Shown: positions 13,096 through 26,125, counted from the first letter of the whole stretch. The stretch: DNA of 63,712 nt, filler included, from Reticulomyxa filosa (GCA_000512085.1; 21 parts of 21 records of this genome joined end to end with filler, not necessarily neighbours in it), one strand, 5' to 3'. A program made the numbers and translations. The notes: generated by a model not told the origin, from the letters alone.

Positions 13096-13741
13096 TTGAC
13101 TTTTTTCTCACTAATTAATTGTACTTGCTCTGTTCCAACTAATATATGTATATGTATATAAGCATGTGTGTGTGTGTGTNNNNNNNNNNNNNNNNNNNNN
13201 NNNNNNNNNNNNNNNNNNNNNNNTTAATTAATTAANNNNNNNNNNNNNNNNNNNNNNNNNNNNNNNNNNNNNNNNNNNNTTTTTGTTTTTTTCGTTCGAA
13301 TGGGTTTTTTGAATCTAATTCTTTTTTTTTTTTTTGTGCGTTTTGCTTGGGAGGGGGAACGGCGAATCCTGATTTGTGAAACAGGCATATAAACAATTTT
13401 GACTTTAATTCATGTGTTTGTTTCATTTCAATATTGGTTTGGCTGCAACTCAATCTCTTGCAAAAAAAACTTACTCTTTTCTTAACTTACAAACAATTTC
13501 CATCCCGTGCATTCATGTTTAGCGACAATCGCAATTGGTTTAATTTCATTTGCATATCAAACATTTACGCTTTTTTTTGCACTGATTCCTGATGTCACAC
13601 ACAAGTTAGTTAATCATAAAAGGTTCACAAAAGACTGAATCGACATATCTCCTTTTTTTTAAAGAGAAAGGGGGGAGAAGTATTGATATTTTTTGATTGT
13701 ATTTTAATATATAAAACTATACATAAAATAAACATTCGAAA

Positions 13742-15628
13742 ATGGGTGCAGAAGAGTCGGTGGAAGAGAAAAAAGAAAGTGATGTGAAAGAAGAAACACC
13801 TTCAACAGAAGACGACGAGCCAAGAACGTACACAACGGAAGACATTCAAAAATGGTTTAATTGTGACTTTGCTGTCCATGTATCAGGACAAGTATTTGAG
13901 CTAAAGGAGAAGCTAATAGACGTGCGTCGGTACTTTCACAAAAACCCCGAGTTATCGTGTGAGGAGTACAACACAGCCAAATACGTAGCGAATTGTCTGC
14001 GACAATTCAAGTTGGACTCCGTCACCGAGGGAGTCGCACAAACGGGAGTTGTGGGTCTGCTGAAAGGTGGTTATCCCGGCCCATGTGTCCTTTTGAGAGC
14101 TAAGTGCACAAACGCATTAAACACAAACATAAGACTCTACAATTCAACACACTCTTTTTTTTTTTAGACTCCGTTTTTTTTTTTTTTTTTTTTTTGTATA
14201 AAAAAATAAAGGCCGATATGGATGCCCTACCGATAACAGAAGTTATTAAAAAAAAAAAGATAAAAATTTGGACAACCGACAAACAACACACACTCTATTT
14301 TTTTTTTTGATGTGTGTGTTGGAAGAAAGGTGATTTGGAGTACAAATCGACAAAGGAGGGTGTAATGCACGCATGTGGACATGACTGCCATATATCGATA
14401 TTACTGGGCGCGGCCAAGATCTTGGCAAAGGTACGTAAGCACATGCACGGGAGTGTGAAGTTTGTGTTCCAGCCGGCGGAAGAGGGCGGCGACGGTGCGA
14501 AACGTATGATCGAAGAAGGAGTGTTGGAGAACCCGCACGTCGATCAAGTCTATGGCCTGCACGTATGGAGTTACGTCAAATTTGGAGCGATTCTTTGTCG
14601 GAAGGGGGAACTCATGGCCGGGTCGGGATTTTTCCGGATTGCGATCAAAGGGGTTGGAAGGCATGCTGCCGTACCCAATGGGACCAATGATGTCGTCGTT
14701 GCCATCTCCCAACTCACTTTGCAGCTCCATTCTATTGTTCCAAGAAACCTTTCACGTCCTTGCACAAACAAATCAATCTCACTCTTTTTTTTTTTTTTTT
14801 TTTTAAAAAAAAAATATATATGTATATATTTCCATTTTTTTGTTTGTTTGTTTGTTTGTATTTATGAAACCAAAATAATAGCTTTGGATAGTGCTGTGTT
14901 GACCGTCGGAAAAGTGACCTCTGGGTATCGTGCCAATATTATTGCAGGTTATACATACATACACACACACTCTTTTTTTTTGATTGGAAAAAGTGGAGTG
15001 AAAAATATATAACACATAAAAAAAAGATGAAGGAGTGTTGGAAGGGACGATTCGGTTTTTACGCAAGGACGTGTATGAGACACTCGTGCAACGCATCACG
15101 GAGATTTGCAAAGGCATTGAGGCGTCGTATGGCGTGACGGTGACGCTGGAATGGCCCTATATATATGACCCGCCAACAACGAACCATCAAAGTGGAGTGG
15201 AGTTGGTCCGCCGCGCGGCCAAACAGACCCTGCCTCGGGGATTTCAAGAGTGTCCACCCACTATGGCCGCCGAAGACTTTGCTTATTTTTTGCAACAGAG
15301 ACCTGGAGCCTTCTTCTTTGTTGGCTGTGGAGTCGAGGGCGAGCAGATCGTGCCTCACCATCATCCCTCCTTTCAAGTCGACGAACGTTGTCTACTTGTC
15401 GGATGTCAGATGATGGTCACTTTGGTACTTTTCATTTTTTGTTTTTTTTTGCTTTGATCGCTTGTTTAGATACAATGTTATATTATATATGTGTATACGT
15501 AGGCGTTGGAGTTACTGACTCCAAAGGACAAATCTCACACAACGACCGCCTCCAATGTTACAAAGACTCCAAACCAAGACTCTACAGAGAGCCAAAGCGT
15601 GACACACGCGACACAAAAGACTACATGA
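13742..15628 (+). CDS. M20D family amidohydrolase (hippurate/IAA-amino-acid hydrolase-like), multi-exon
   Basis: [17 protein letters not shown]|[29 protein letters not shown] and [10 protein letters not shown]; the last exon 15503-15628 ends in TGA. Confidence 0.93.
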
Positions 15629-18600
15629 GTAAATCAGTCATCTCACCCATTGTTCATTTTGTGTGGTGTTTTCAATATAAGGTTTTCATACTTCCATTTG
15701 GTCACAAAAATATTTGCTTTTTGAATTTAAGGTGGACTTTTTTTTTTTTTTTGCCATTCAAACACAAAGTTCGTTGGACACTCACTATTCGCTACATTAT
15801 GCATTTTTTTTTTTTGGAAATCAAAAACTTTGAAACGTTACCATTTTTTTTNNNNNNNNNNNNNNNNNNNNNNNNNNNNNNNNNNNNNNNNNNNNTTAAT
15901 TAATTAANNNNNNNNNNNNNNNNNNNNNNNNNNNNNNNNNNNNNNNNNNNNATTAAACAAGTTATTGAAATGATTAAATCCGATACACAATCAACGTATT
16001 AAATAATCTTTTATTATTATTATTTATTTATTATTTTTATTATTTCCAGTCGCAAATTATATTTAGCATGAAACAGATCAAATGTCAAAGTGTTTCAATT
16101 TAAATTGATTTAACTTTGATTTCATTTCTCGAACGAGATTTGGTTTAATGAGCCAATTTTGCTATTTGAATTGACAGTTTGAAATTATCAACACTGTCAA
16201 AAGCTTATATTCGTGCTGATCAATATACAATCTCCAATTTACCTTTGCATCACTTCCAATATCATAATTGATTCTCCACAATTGATATGTCATTGTTAAA
16301 TTGTGATTAGATAACTTTTTACTCAATCGAATATAATTTCACTAATTATTGTTGTCTTCTTAATTATAATGGCAGCATATGTGAAATTACATTTACAATG
16401 TAGGAGAAATGTCAAATATCCAATCATCACAAATTGACAGATTTATCATTTACTAACGGCGTGTATCAAAACAATTGAAAAGTGAATTATTTCTTTTTGA
16501 TTTTTTTTAAATAATAATTTTAATGTTCTTGATATCTTAAACAAATTATATTCATCGTAAAAAATTCCTGAACTTTAATATTTTAAATCTAAAAGAAAGT
16601 AGAAAATATGCGGATAGATTCAATTTGGTTTACTTGTGTCTTTGAATAAACTGATAACTGGAATTAATTACAGGTAAACATACAATATATCTTCTATTGT
16701 TTAAATTTGGTGACAATTTGTGTAATGATAAATCACAAAGAATTATAGAATCGGACGAATAAAATAAAAACAAAAAATTTATTCAAATTTCCAGTTTGCG
16801 CTAACTGTTTTGATTTTAGTATAGAAGTACCCGCTAACTTTGACGTTTTTTGCTTCTTGTCTCGATCTTTTATCACGGTCACCGTTGGTAACTCCCACGA
16901 TATTGAATTTTCTGTCATGTACCCCCCCTCTTTATCCGTCATGTACCCCCCCTCTCTTTATTCATTGATCAATCCCAAAATGATCATTTCCTTTGCCGTC
17001 AGGAGAACACCAAGAATGCGAAGCTTGCCNNNNNNNNNNNNNNNNNNNNNNNNNNNNNNNNNNNNNNNNNNNNTTAATTAATTAANNNNNNNNNNNNNNN
17101 NNNNNNNNNNNNNNNNNNNNNNNNNNNNNAAACATTTAAAAATGGTGTTGGTCATTTTCCATTGAAATTATTTTTGTCGACAAACTCTTTTGTATGGTGT
17201 GGCGAAGTGCTCTTCTTTGACTCAGAATCTTGGCAAATGAACAGAAAATTTGTCCTTATTGGTATTTAAAGACTAGCAGCATTACATAGAAGCAAAGAAA
17301 AAAAGGAATGACCCTTTTCGATTGAAAGCAGAGTATGTTTTGTACTGTTTTTTTATTTAGTTTGATGTTGATGCGATTTATTGACTGAGTATTTTTGTTT
17401 GAAAAGCTTTGAGATTTGAACAACACAAAAGGATCCAAATTGAATGTCAAACGGTTTAGGTGATATCGTCTATTGTGATACACAGAAATTTGATACAACC
17501 ATTTCGTTTGATAACGAGTTATTTCATGTCATCTTTCGGTCAAACTAGATCAATTGTTAAAAATAACTCAGCTGATGATGAAAGCAAATATCAGCTGATA
17601 TCACAATTAATGAAACGTTTTTTTAAAATCAAATTCACCAAACAGTCGATTCTTTTGTGTCCATACCTAAAAAATGTACAAAATAAATTTTCGATTATTG
17701 ACGAAATAATGTCAATCGCTTATGCAAATATATCGAAAACATCTTTAAAGACAAAAAAAACTTAATAACAGACTCTTTAAACTATCTCAGCCACTTACAT
17801 AAATGAAATTTCTTCGGCAATCCGGGAATATAAATTTTCTCCTTGTAAAGTTTGAAAACAAGGATTAAAACAAATGATTCAACATAAAAAAATAAAAAAT
17901 CTGGAACTAGACCCTTTTTAAGGAACTCTTCAACTCATCATAATTTTTTAAAAAATTTTCAATTCAAAAATAAATTTTTATTTATTTATTCGTTCAATTA
18001 ATAATTATTGAGCTGTTTTATCAATCAAATGTGTTGGAGGGGGAGCGCAGTTCAAGTTTTTTTAGTTTCAAGCTTTAATGTCTTTTAACGACAACAGCAA
18101 AGCTTTTGTGTTTGACTAACTTGTAAAGGAACATGGAGAAGGAATTTTTTGTGGATACACGCAAAGTTTTGCGTGTTCGTTGTTATCAAACTAGCTTTTT
18201 TTCGGTTTTAACATTTACCACTTTCAATAACGAACAAAAAAAAAATTGAACGTGTTCATGAATTTTGTGGCAAACAGTTGGGTCTACTTTAAAAAAAATT
18301 AATGGTCTACGACGTCGACCACAAATTGGTATCCACCAATGAAAGAGAAACATCACAACGAAGACTTTACTAACAACTTCTCCAAAAATGGACAGATTCT
18401 TTTTTTTTTATCCGCAATGTTACTGCTTGATGGCCTGATTAAAAAAGTGCTACATCAGATTATGAAAATGCAAATATTGTATTCCTCAATTACATTTTTT
18501 GCTGAAAAAGAACATGATGTACTGATATACTTTGCGGACAAATTGATCGAAAGAAATTAATAGACAATCAACAGCACGTTTTCCGTGTCATTTATTTATA

Positions 18601-19207
18601 AAATCAATTGAGTATTGATCCATTTTATTGTAAAGGGAAAAAAGAATTTGTATAAATTTATTCTTTTGTTCAAAACAAATTCAAGACCACAACACTATTG
18701 TAAAAATTGTGATGAAAGTGCAAACAAAAAGAAAATAGCAAGTCTATATTTTATATATAACAAAAATTAAAAGTTGCTGTTATGCTACAAAAAATTTATC
18801 GAATTTCTGACTCTATTCAATAATGAAAGAGAAATAGAATTATATTAACAAGAAATTTACTAAATAACAGATTTCACGCTCAATCAAAACATCTGATAAA
18901 AACTCTGGACAGGAAAGTTGTTTTTTTAATTTCACTAATTTAAACAAATAAATTGTATCGTTAAAAAGAAGTTGCAAGCACTGCGAGCCAAAATAATGTT
19001 TTCTGAAAAATATTTTGAAATTTGCAATGAAAATGATAATTACAATCTGCATCTACGTTAAAAAAGGAAAAATTTTCAAATTCACTTGCTTTATCTAAAA
19101 TTTTTATTGAATTTTTCATTGTAAAAGAGTTTTGCTGAATGTAACCAGTTTCTAAAACAAACTAACCCAATTTACAAAACGATTCATAAATAAACACAAA
19201 AAATCGA

Positions 19208-22200
19208 TCAAAATGTTCCACCACGTTGTTCCACAAGTCGTTTTTGTTGAGGTGTCAAGCCAATTATATCCTTCCAAGTACTACCTGTAATCGATAAGCC
19301 ACTTTGAACACCACTTCTCCAAATACATTTTCCTATACCGATCGTTTTACTATCACCAATACTCCATAATCGAATTGTTTTATCATTTGAAAATGACATG
19401 AGTTTTGAAGCATCTCGTGATAATTGTATTCCTCTAATGTTACTATTGTGTCCTTCCAACAATTGGATTTGTTGTCGTAAAGACACATCCCATACTCTGA
19501 TATTGTTATCATATGAATAGGAAATAATTTTGGAGCCATCTGGTGAAAATTGCACTCCGTGCACAGAAGTTGAATGTCCTTCTAATACTTGGGGCTGCTT
19601 TTCAGATAATACATCCCATATTCGAATGGTCTTATCATCTGAACACGATACAATCTGAGTACCATCTGGCGAAAATTGTGCTTCATTTACCTTTTCCAAA
19701 TGTCCTTCTAATGACAAAAGTTGATTTCCAGAAGATACATCCCATACTCGTAATATATTATCCGTTGCATATGATGATACAATTTTAGACCCATCTGGTG
19801 AAAATTGCACCTTATCGACGATATCTGGATGTCCAAATTCTTGAAGTTGTCTTCCAGATGATACATCCCACAATCGAAAGTTGTCATCAGAAGAGCAAGA
19901 TGTAAACTTGGACCCGTCTGGTGAAAGTTGTACCCGATTTATGCCATATGGATGTCCATGAAATAATTGGATATGTTTTCCTGATGATACATCCCATATT
20001 TGAATGGTCTCACCATTTGAATAGGATACAAGTTTGGAGCCATCTGGTGAAGATTGAATTTCTCGAATGTCCTCTGAATCTCCTTCTAATATTTGAATCT
20101 GTTTTCCAGACAGTGCATCGCATATTCGGATTGTTTTATCTTCCGAGTGAGATATAATTTTGGAGCCATCGGGTGAAAATAGTACTCCACTAACGTTGTG
20201 TGAATGACCTTCAAAGATTTGGATTTGCTTTCCTGATTGCACATCCCACAATCGAATTGTTGTATCCAATGAGCATGACATAATTTTGGAGCCATCTGAT
20301 GAAAATTTCACTGCTGCTATATTTGCTAAATATTGTTCCGTTAACTGGATTTTTCGTTCTAAGCCAATGTCCCATATTCGAATTGTCCCATCTTCGGAAT
20401 AGGATAAAATTTTGGAATCCTTTGAAAAAAATTGCACTCCAGTTACACGACGCAAATGTCCTTCTAATATTTGGAGTGTCTTTCCGGATGATATGTCCCA
20501 TATTCGAACCGTCCTATCATCTGAGCCAGATACAACTTTAGAGCCATCACGGGAAAATCGCGCAGCATTTATACTGCGCGAATGTCCTTCCAGCACATGA
20601 AGCTGTTTTCCAGATGGCAAATCCCATATTCGAATTACGTTATCATTTGAATAGGACAGGATTTTGGATTCATCTTGGGATACATGAATTCCATTTGTCT
20701 CAGCTGAAATTCTGTCAAAGATTTGGATTTGTTGTCCCGAAGATGCATCCCATATTCGAATCGTGTTATCATAGGAATATGATATAACCTTTGATCCGGC
20801 AGATAAAAACTTTGCTACTCGTACATAATTTGAATGTCCTTCTAACACTTGAAGCTGTTTTCCGGACAATACGTCCCATATTCGAATTGTGTTATCCTTT
20901 GAAGACGATACAATGTTCAAACTGTCGGATGAAAATCGTACTGCACTCACCCAATCTGAATGTCCTTCCAATACCAAAAGTTGTTTTCCAGATGATACCT
21001 CCCATATTCGAATAGTTTTATCCCGTGAGCATGATACAATCTTTGAACCATCAGGTGAAAATTCTGCCGCATTCACGAATCCTGAATGTTCTTCCCATAC
21101 TTGAATTTGTTGACCTGACGACACGTCCCATAGTCGAATGGTGCAATCTTGTGAGCAAGATGCAACTTTAGATCCATCTGGTGAAAACTGGGCTTCATAC
21201 ACTGCATGTAAGTGTCCTTCCAATAAATGAATCTGTTTTTGTAATGATATATCCCATATTCGAATAGTGCCATCGGATGAATATGACAACATTTTGGTCC
21301 CATCAGATGAAAAGACAATTCCCAATATGCCGCCTGAATGTCCTTCCAAATAGGCGTATTCGCCAAAGTAAACTTCATTCATTGATGCATTTGTGAAGTT
21401 CACCTTATTTAGACAAGCTTGAACGAAACGGACGTTATTCAAATTAGCATTAGTAAAGTCGGTTCCTTCAAGAAATGCATGATCTAAGATTGCATGGGGA
21501 ATTTTTATATTACTCCAATCTTGATAATGCATATTGATATTCGCTGAATTGAGTATGGTAATTGCATTTGCTGCTGCGATGCTAACATGCTCATTTGTTT
21601 TGGATGCTCCGATAATTTGGAACAATATTGGCTCTAAATTCACAAATATCGGATTGGTGTCGTGAATTCGTTCTGCAATAAATTGAATAATTCCCATTTC
21701 TTCATTTAATAATTTGCGATTGATAAACAACTGTTGGACATATGTTTCAAACTGTTGTTGCTTGGCAATATTTTCATTAATCGTGTTGGACTTCCATAAA
21801 AGGATATCAAATATCATTTTCTGAGCGACATAATATTCTTGACACGATTTATGTAAAAATTGATATTTATTATCACCAACCCTTCTTAATACAAATTTAG
21901 CAACACTTCCACCTTTGAAATATTTTTCCCAAATATCTTGCACTTTTGTAATTGCAGTGTCAGTAATTTCATCCGTTGTTTTTATTTCTTGTTTTTCATC
22001 CACAATACTTTTATTTTCATACTCATTTTCAATTTCTGGATCTGATTGACTCCAAATTTCATCTTCATTTTGATATTGAAAATCCGATTCGACTGCAACC
22101 TGATTCCCTTGTATAAACATATCCAATCCCAAATCGAGACAATACTGTCTCAATGTTGATTTGATGTTACGAATATTCATTTGAATACGTAATTCTGCCA

Positions 22201-24620
22201 ATTTGGAAATAATGTTTTGACTGTGAATGTCAATCCATTGATCATTGAATGCTTCATATACTTGTGCTTTTGAAATTCTGCTTCCCATACCAAATTGCTT
22301 TACCAATGACGGCAATACGCTTAAAATGAGTTGAAGAAGAAATGGCTCTTCGATCATTTTTTGTAAATTTGGATAATTATTCAATGTTTCCTCATATTTT
22401 GTCGATGTCCAATCACTGCTGTCATCTTTGTTCATATTTTTAGACTTTAATTTTGCAAATTTATCAATGTAGCTATGCATTTGCTGTTTGGTGAATGGCC
22501 ATAGATACACTAGCGATGTACTGTTTTGATTCACGCCAATCAAAGCATTTTTAATATCGTCATCACTCAATACTTTACTTCGACACGTGACAATCACTTT
22601 TGAATTCCACTGATTCAAATTGAATCGATCATAAAAGTACATATCATTTTCATTTTTACGATAAAAGTCGAATATTTCATCAAAGCCATCCATAATGAAC
22701 ACAAATGACACTTTTTCCCGAACTGCGTCCATGATATCTTTATTGATATGTTTACTTTGTAATGCTTGCAAAATGATATCTCTTTCATTTTTTTTATTGT
22801 AAACTTTTGGAAATGAAATATAAACTGGAATAGCTTTTTTTGAATCCGAGATATAATTATTCCATAACGTCTCTTCCAAATGACGACAGAATATACTTTT
22901 TCCCGATCCCGATTTCCCTTGAATGATGATTACCTTTTGTTGATATGCATGTTTCTTTTCATCATCTTCTCCTTGCTGCAAGCATTCAATGGCATGTTGA
23001 TGACAATCAAATGAATCATTTTTTTCATTATCGTCACCATCGATATGTGGATAGTTATTTGCTTGCAATGGAATATATGTTTCGAGTGCCTGAGATATAG
23101 CAATATCTTCATCTATTTCTTGCTTCCTTGACTCTTGCAACAATAATGCAAAGTCGACACAGCTTGCTGGACTCTTATCTCCAATAATATACTTTTTGTA
23201 ATATTCATATAAAATTACATAGATTGCCTTTCCTTTCTTTTTCTCTGGAGTGAATTTGCAAAGCTGTTCATACACAAATAGTGCCATTTTCAATGGCACG
23301 CTATCATTCATTTCCAATTCACTTTTTTTGGACAGCTGTGGCGGTTTCAATATTCCAATATCAAAGTGAGATTTGTAGCGATTTGCAATTTTTTGTATCT
23401 CTTTGTCTTCCAACCATTCACAAATGATATCATTGATTTTCGTCAATGTCTCATCGCTGGCCTGTTTGAAATCTTCTTCAATATCTGAATTCTTTGGCTT
23501 CCATGCTCGAATATGCTCATAAAACAAATGACTCAATTTTGGATTCTCAATTACCGTATATCCCTCCAATGTCGTAAAGTTTTTTAATGTCGCTTGCATT
23601 TCAATATATACATCATCTTTTGGAACAAACAATTTAATGTTATGAAATCTGTGATGTGTTTTCGATTGTCTTTCAAAAAAGTCTTTATCCTCCGACACAA
23701 TCAAATGAAATTTCTCTGCTTTTTTCATCACTGCCACTGCTGTTTGCAATTTGGTTGCATTGTCACATAAGATTGTAAATCTCCCAATATCGAATACTTG
23801 ATTGTAATCTCCACCATAATCGCACTTGATTTTTTCCAGTAATCTCACGCGATCTTTTATCTTGGGTGGCTTCACAACTGTTATCAGATATTTCTGTAAC
23901 TCACACACTAAATTTATTATCTCATTACTCGTCATTGCATGTTCGCTTCGAGTGATTAAATCTTCCAAACTCGTTGCATGCTGTCTTATTTTTTGGGCTT
24001 TTATTTCATAAGATAGTCCTACTTTTATTGCATACAAGCATTGATAGTGTTTGTCATTCACAGGAATTGGATTATCACTCGAGCTGATCCAATGTTCCGA
24101 ATTTAAAATCATTGCTTTTGCAATTGACGTAACAGCCGGTTGTCCACAGTCTGGACAGCGATACGATGTCTGTTCTGAGTTGAATGAAATATTACCAAAT
24201 CCCATATTCACCCACACTGCCAATCGTGCCTTTGCAGCCAAGCAATCAGTGTTTGTGCAAAACCCTTGCAAATTAATCCCAGGCTTAGTTTCTCCAATAT
24301 CTGCTTTTTCATCCTCTTTTTTCAATTGCTCTGATTTCTCATCCATTTCGGGTTGTTCTATGATAAGACTTTGTGTGTGTGTCTATTTGTTTGTTTTATG
24401 TAATGCAAATATTCAAATCAATTTTATTTATATATATATACATATATATATATATTTTTTTTTTTTTGCAACTGTGATCTGCTCGATCACAACTGATACG
24501 TCGCCATTATTTTGTTCGAGCTTTTTCTTTAGATCTTCTTCTTTCATAATGTCGCCGTATAATCTTAGCAGTGCCTTCATTTCCATTTCATATTTACCTG
24601 ATTCGGGCACACTTTGCATT
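19208..24620 (-). CDS. NLR-like STAND protein: helical CUE/UBA-like exon + Cys-rich module + RelA/SpoT-like NTase + NACHT + pentapeptide repeats + 16 WD40 repeats
   Basis: 1712-aa uninterrupted ORF. Walker A GKSGSGKS (~22895-22920), Walker [22 protein letters not shown], pentapeptide [23 protein letters not shown], and 16 x 42-aa WD40. An upstream exon ([13 protein letters not shown]...VIEQIT) joins in frame through intron ~24383-24472; the start codon is uncertain. Confidence 0.92.
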
Positions 24621-25099
24621 CCTCCTAAAAGTTTGCCACAGTGCAATGCATTTGTAAACACATGCATTTTATCATGCATACGCGTACCTTTTTTGGGTTC
24701 AAAATAACCACACAAAACGAACCGAAGGGCACACAAGTGCGCGTGCACACTATATTGTCTTAATTTTTTCCTCTTGTGGAATTTCTCTTATCTCCAGTCA
24801 CAGGTGTCGTCTTGTTTTTCTGCGTTATGCTTCTCTTTGTAATATTCTCTTTTTGCACATTGTCAAGCATCCCAGCAGAAATCACGTCGAACGCAATGTT
24901 ATTTTTAACAATCACACATCAGTAGTTTGACAGAATCATAGCAATATGTTCTATTTTATCATTGTTAGTGTTCGACTATCATTGANNNNNNNNNNNNNNN
25001 NNNNNNNNNNNNNNNNNNNNNNNNNNNNNTTAATTAATTAANNNNNNNNNNNNNNNNNNNNNNNNNNNNNNNNNNNNNNNNNNNNATTAAAAAAGATGC

Positions 25100-26125
25100 T
25101 GTGATTTGTGTCACCTAAAAAAAAAAAAAAATAAGATCCAATGACACATCGCACTGGAGAAAATAAAAGTATTGCCATTCATGTGGACCTTGACAAGTCA
25201 TTCTTTTATCCCTTTTCAAAATTGTGTCCGAAATGGGGTCAGATTCGACAACGCAACTCTGCTTATTTGGAAGCCAATTCCGACAAAAAATTTATTTGGT
25301 TGAAAGAAAAGCTAGCTTCTTCCTTTGCCCACAAAGCATCTGATCTTAATTGGAATTCGTTTGTTTTTTGTTTTTTTTTTTTTCCCTCCATTTTTTTTTT
25401 ATTTTTTTTTTACTACGTATCTCTTTTTTTTTTTTTTTACAAAAGGGACAACAAAAAATATTGAAATAACTTTGGATATAAAAATATTATGCAAAAAAAA
25501 AAAAAAAAAAAAGTTTGGCAGAAGCACTCTTATGTCGAATCGCTTATCAAAAAGATCTTCCGCCTGACATTCCTCAAGAAATGATACTCGAGTATTGCGA
25601 TTACATCGCCCAACGGACGATGTATCAATACTCGTGTGACGAGGAAAGTTGTCGTCTCGTCTTTGGCGTGCTGCTGGACAAACTGGTTCATTCTATGAAA
25701 CATGATGATGGAATGTTACGTATCGCCAGTTGCCATGATGGCACTATTTTGGCCTTGTTAGCTGCTTTGAAAAAAGATAACCTCGGTTGGCCATCTTATG
25801 CAGCAACCATTATTTTTGAAGTTCAATGCATTACACTCTCTTTTCTTTAATATGTATGTATATGTTTATGTATACGTATACGTTTTACATTAAATCAATA
25901 AGTAATGACTCCTTTTTTTTTTTGTAATTGCTTCTTGCACAGGTGTGGGAGAGAGAAAGAGACAAAAAACGATTTATCAAAGCTTTCTATCACGACGATC
26001 CTATCAAATTTAACGGAGCCGAAGAATTTGTCAGTTTGGAAGAACTTGAAAAAAGATGGAGTAATTGGATGGTCTCAGAAGAACAATATTTGGGTAGTGA
26101 GTGCCTCTGTGAATCAAAGTTGTAA
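25100..26125 (+). CDS. Histidine acid phosphatase (His_Phos_2), C-terminal part
   Basis: LRIASCHDGTILALLAAL...WPSYAATIIFE(V)W carries the HD motif and the PxYA motif of branch-2 histidine phosphatases. Confidence 0.82.

Noticed and set aside
17130-19200. Possible partner gene (e.g. alarmone hydrolase antitoxin) downstream of the NLR
   Set aside because: Only short AT-rich ORFs; no HD/MESH1-like or other motif visible.
19333-24707. Many short antisense or alternate-frame ORFs overlapping the NLR and other genes
   Set aside because: Shadow ORFs of long coding frames with no independent motifs.
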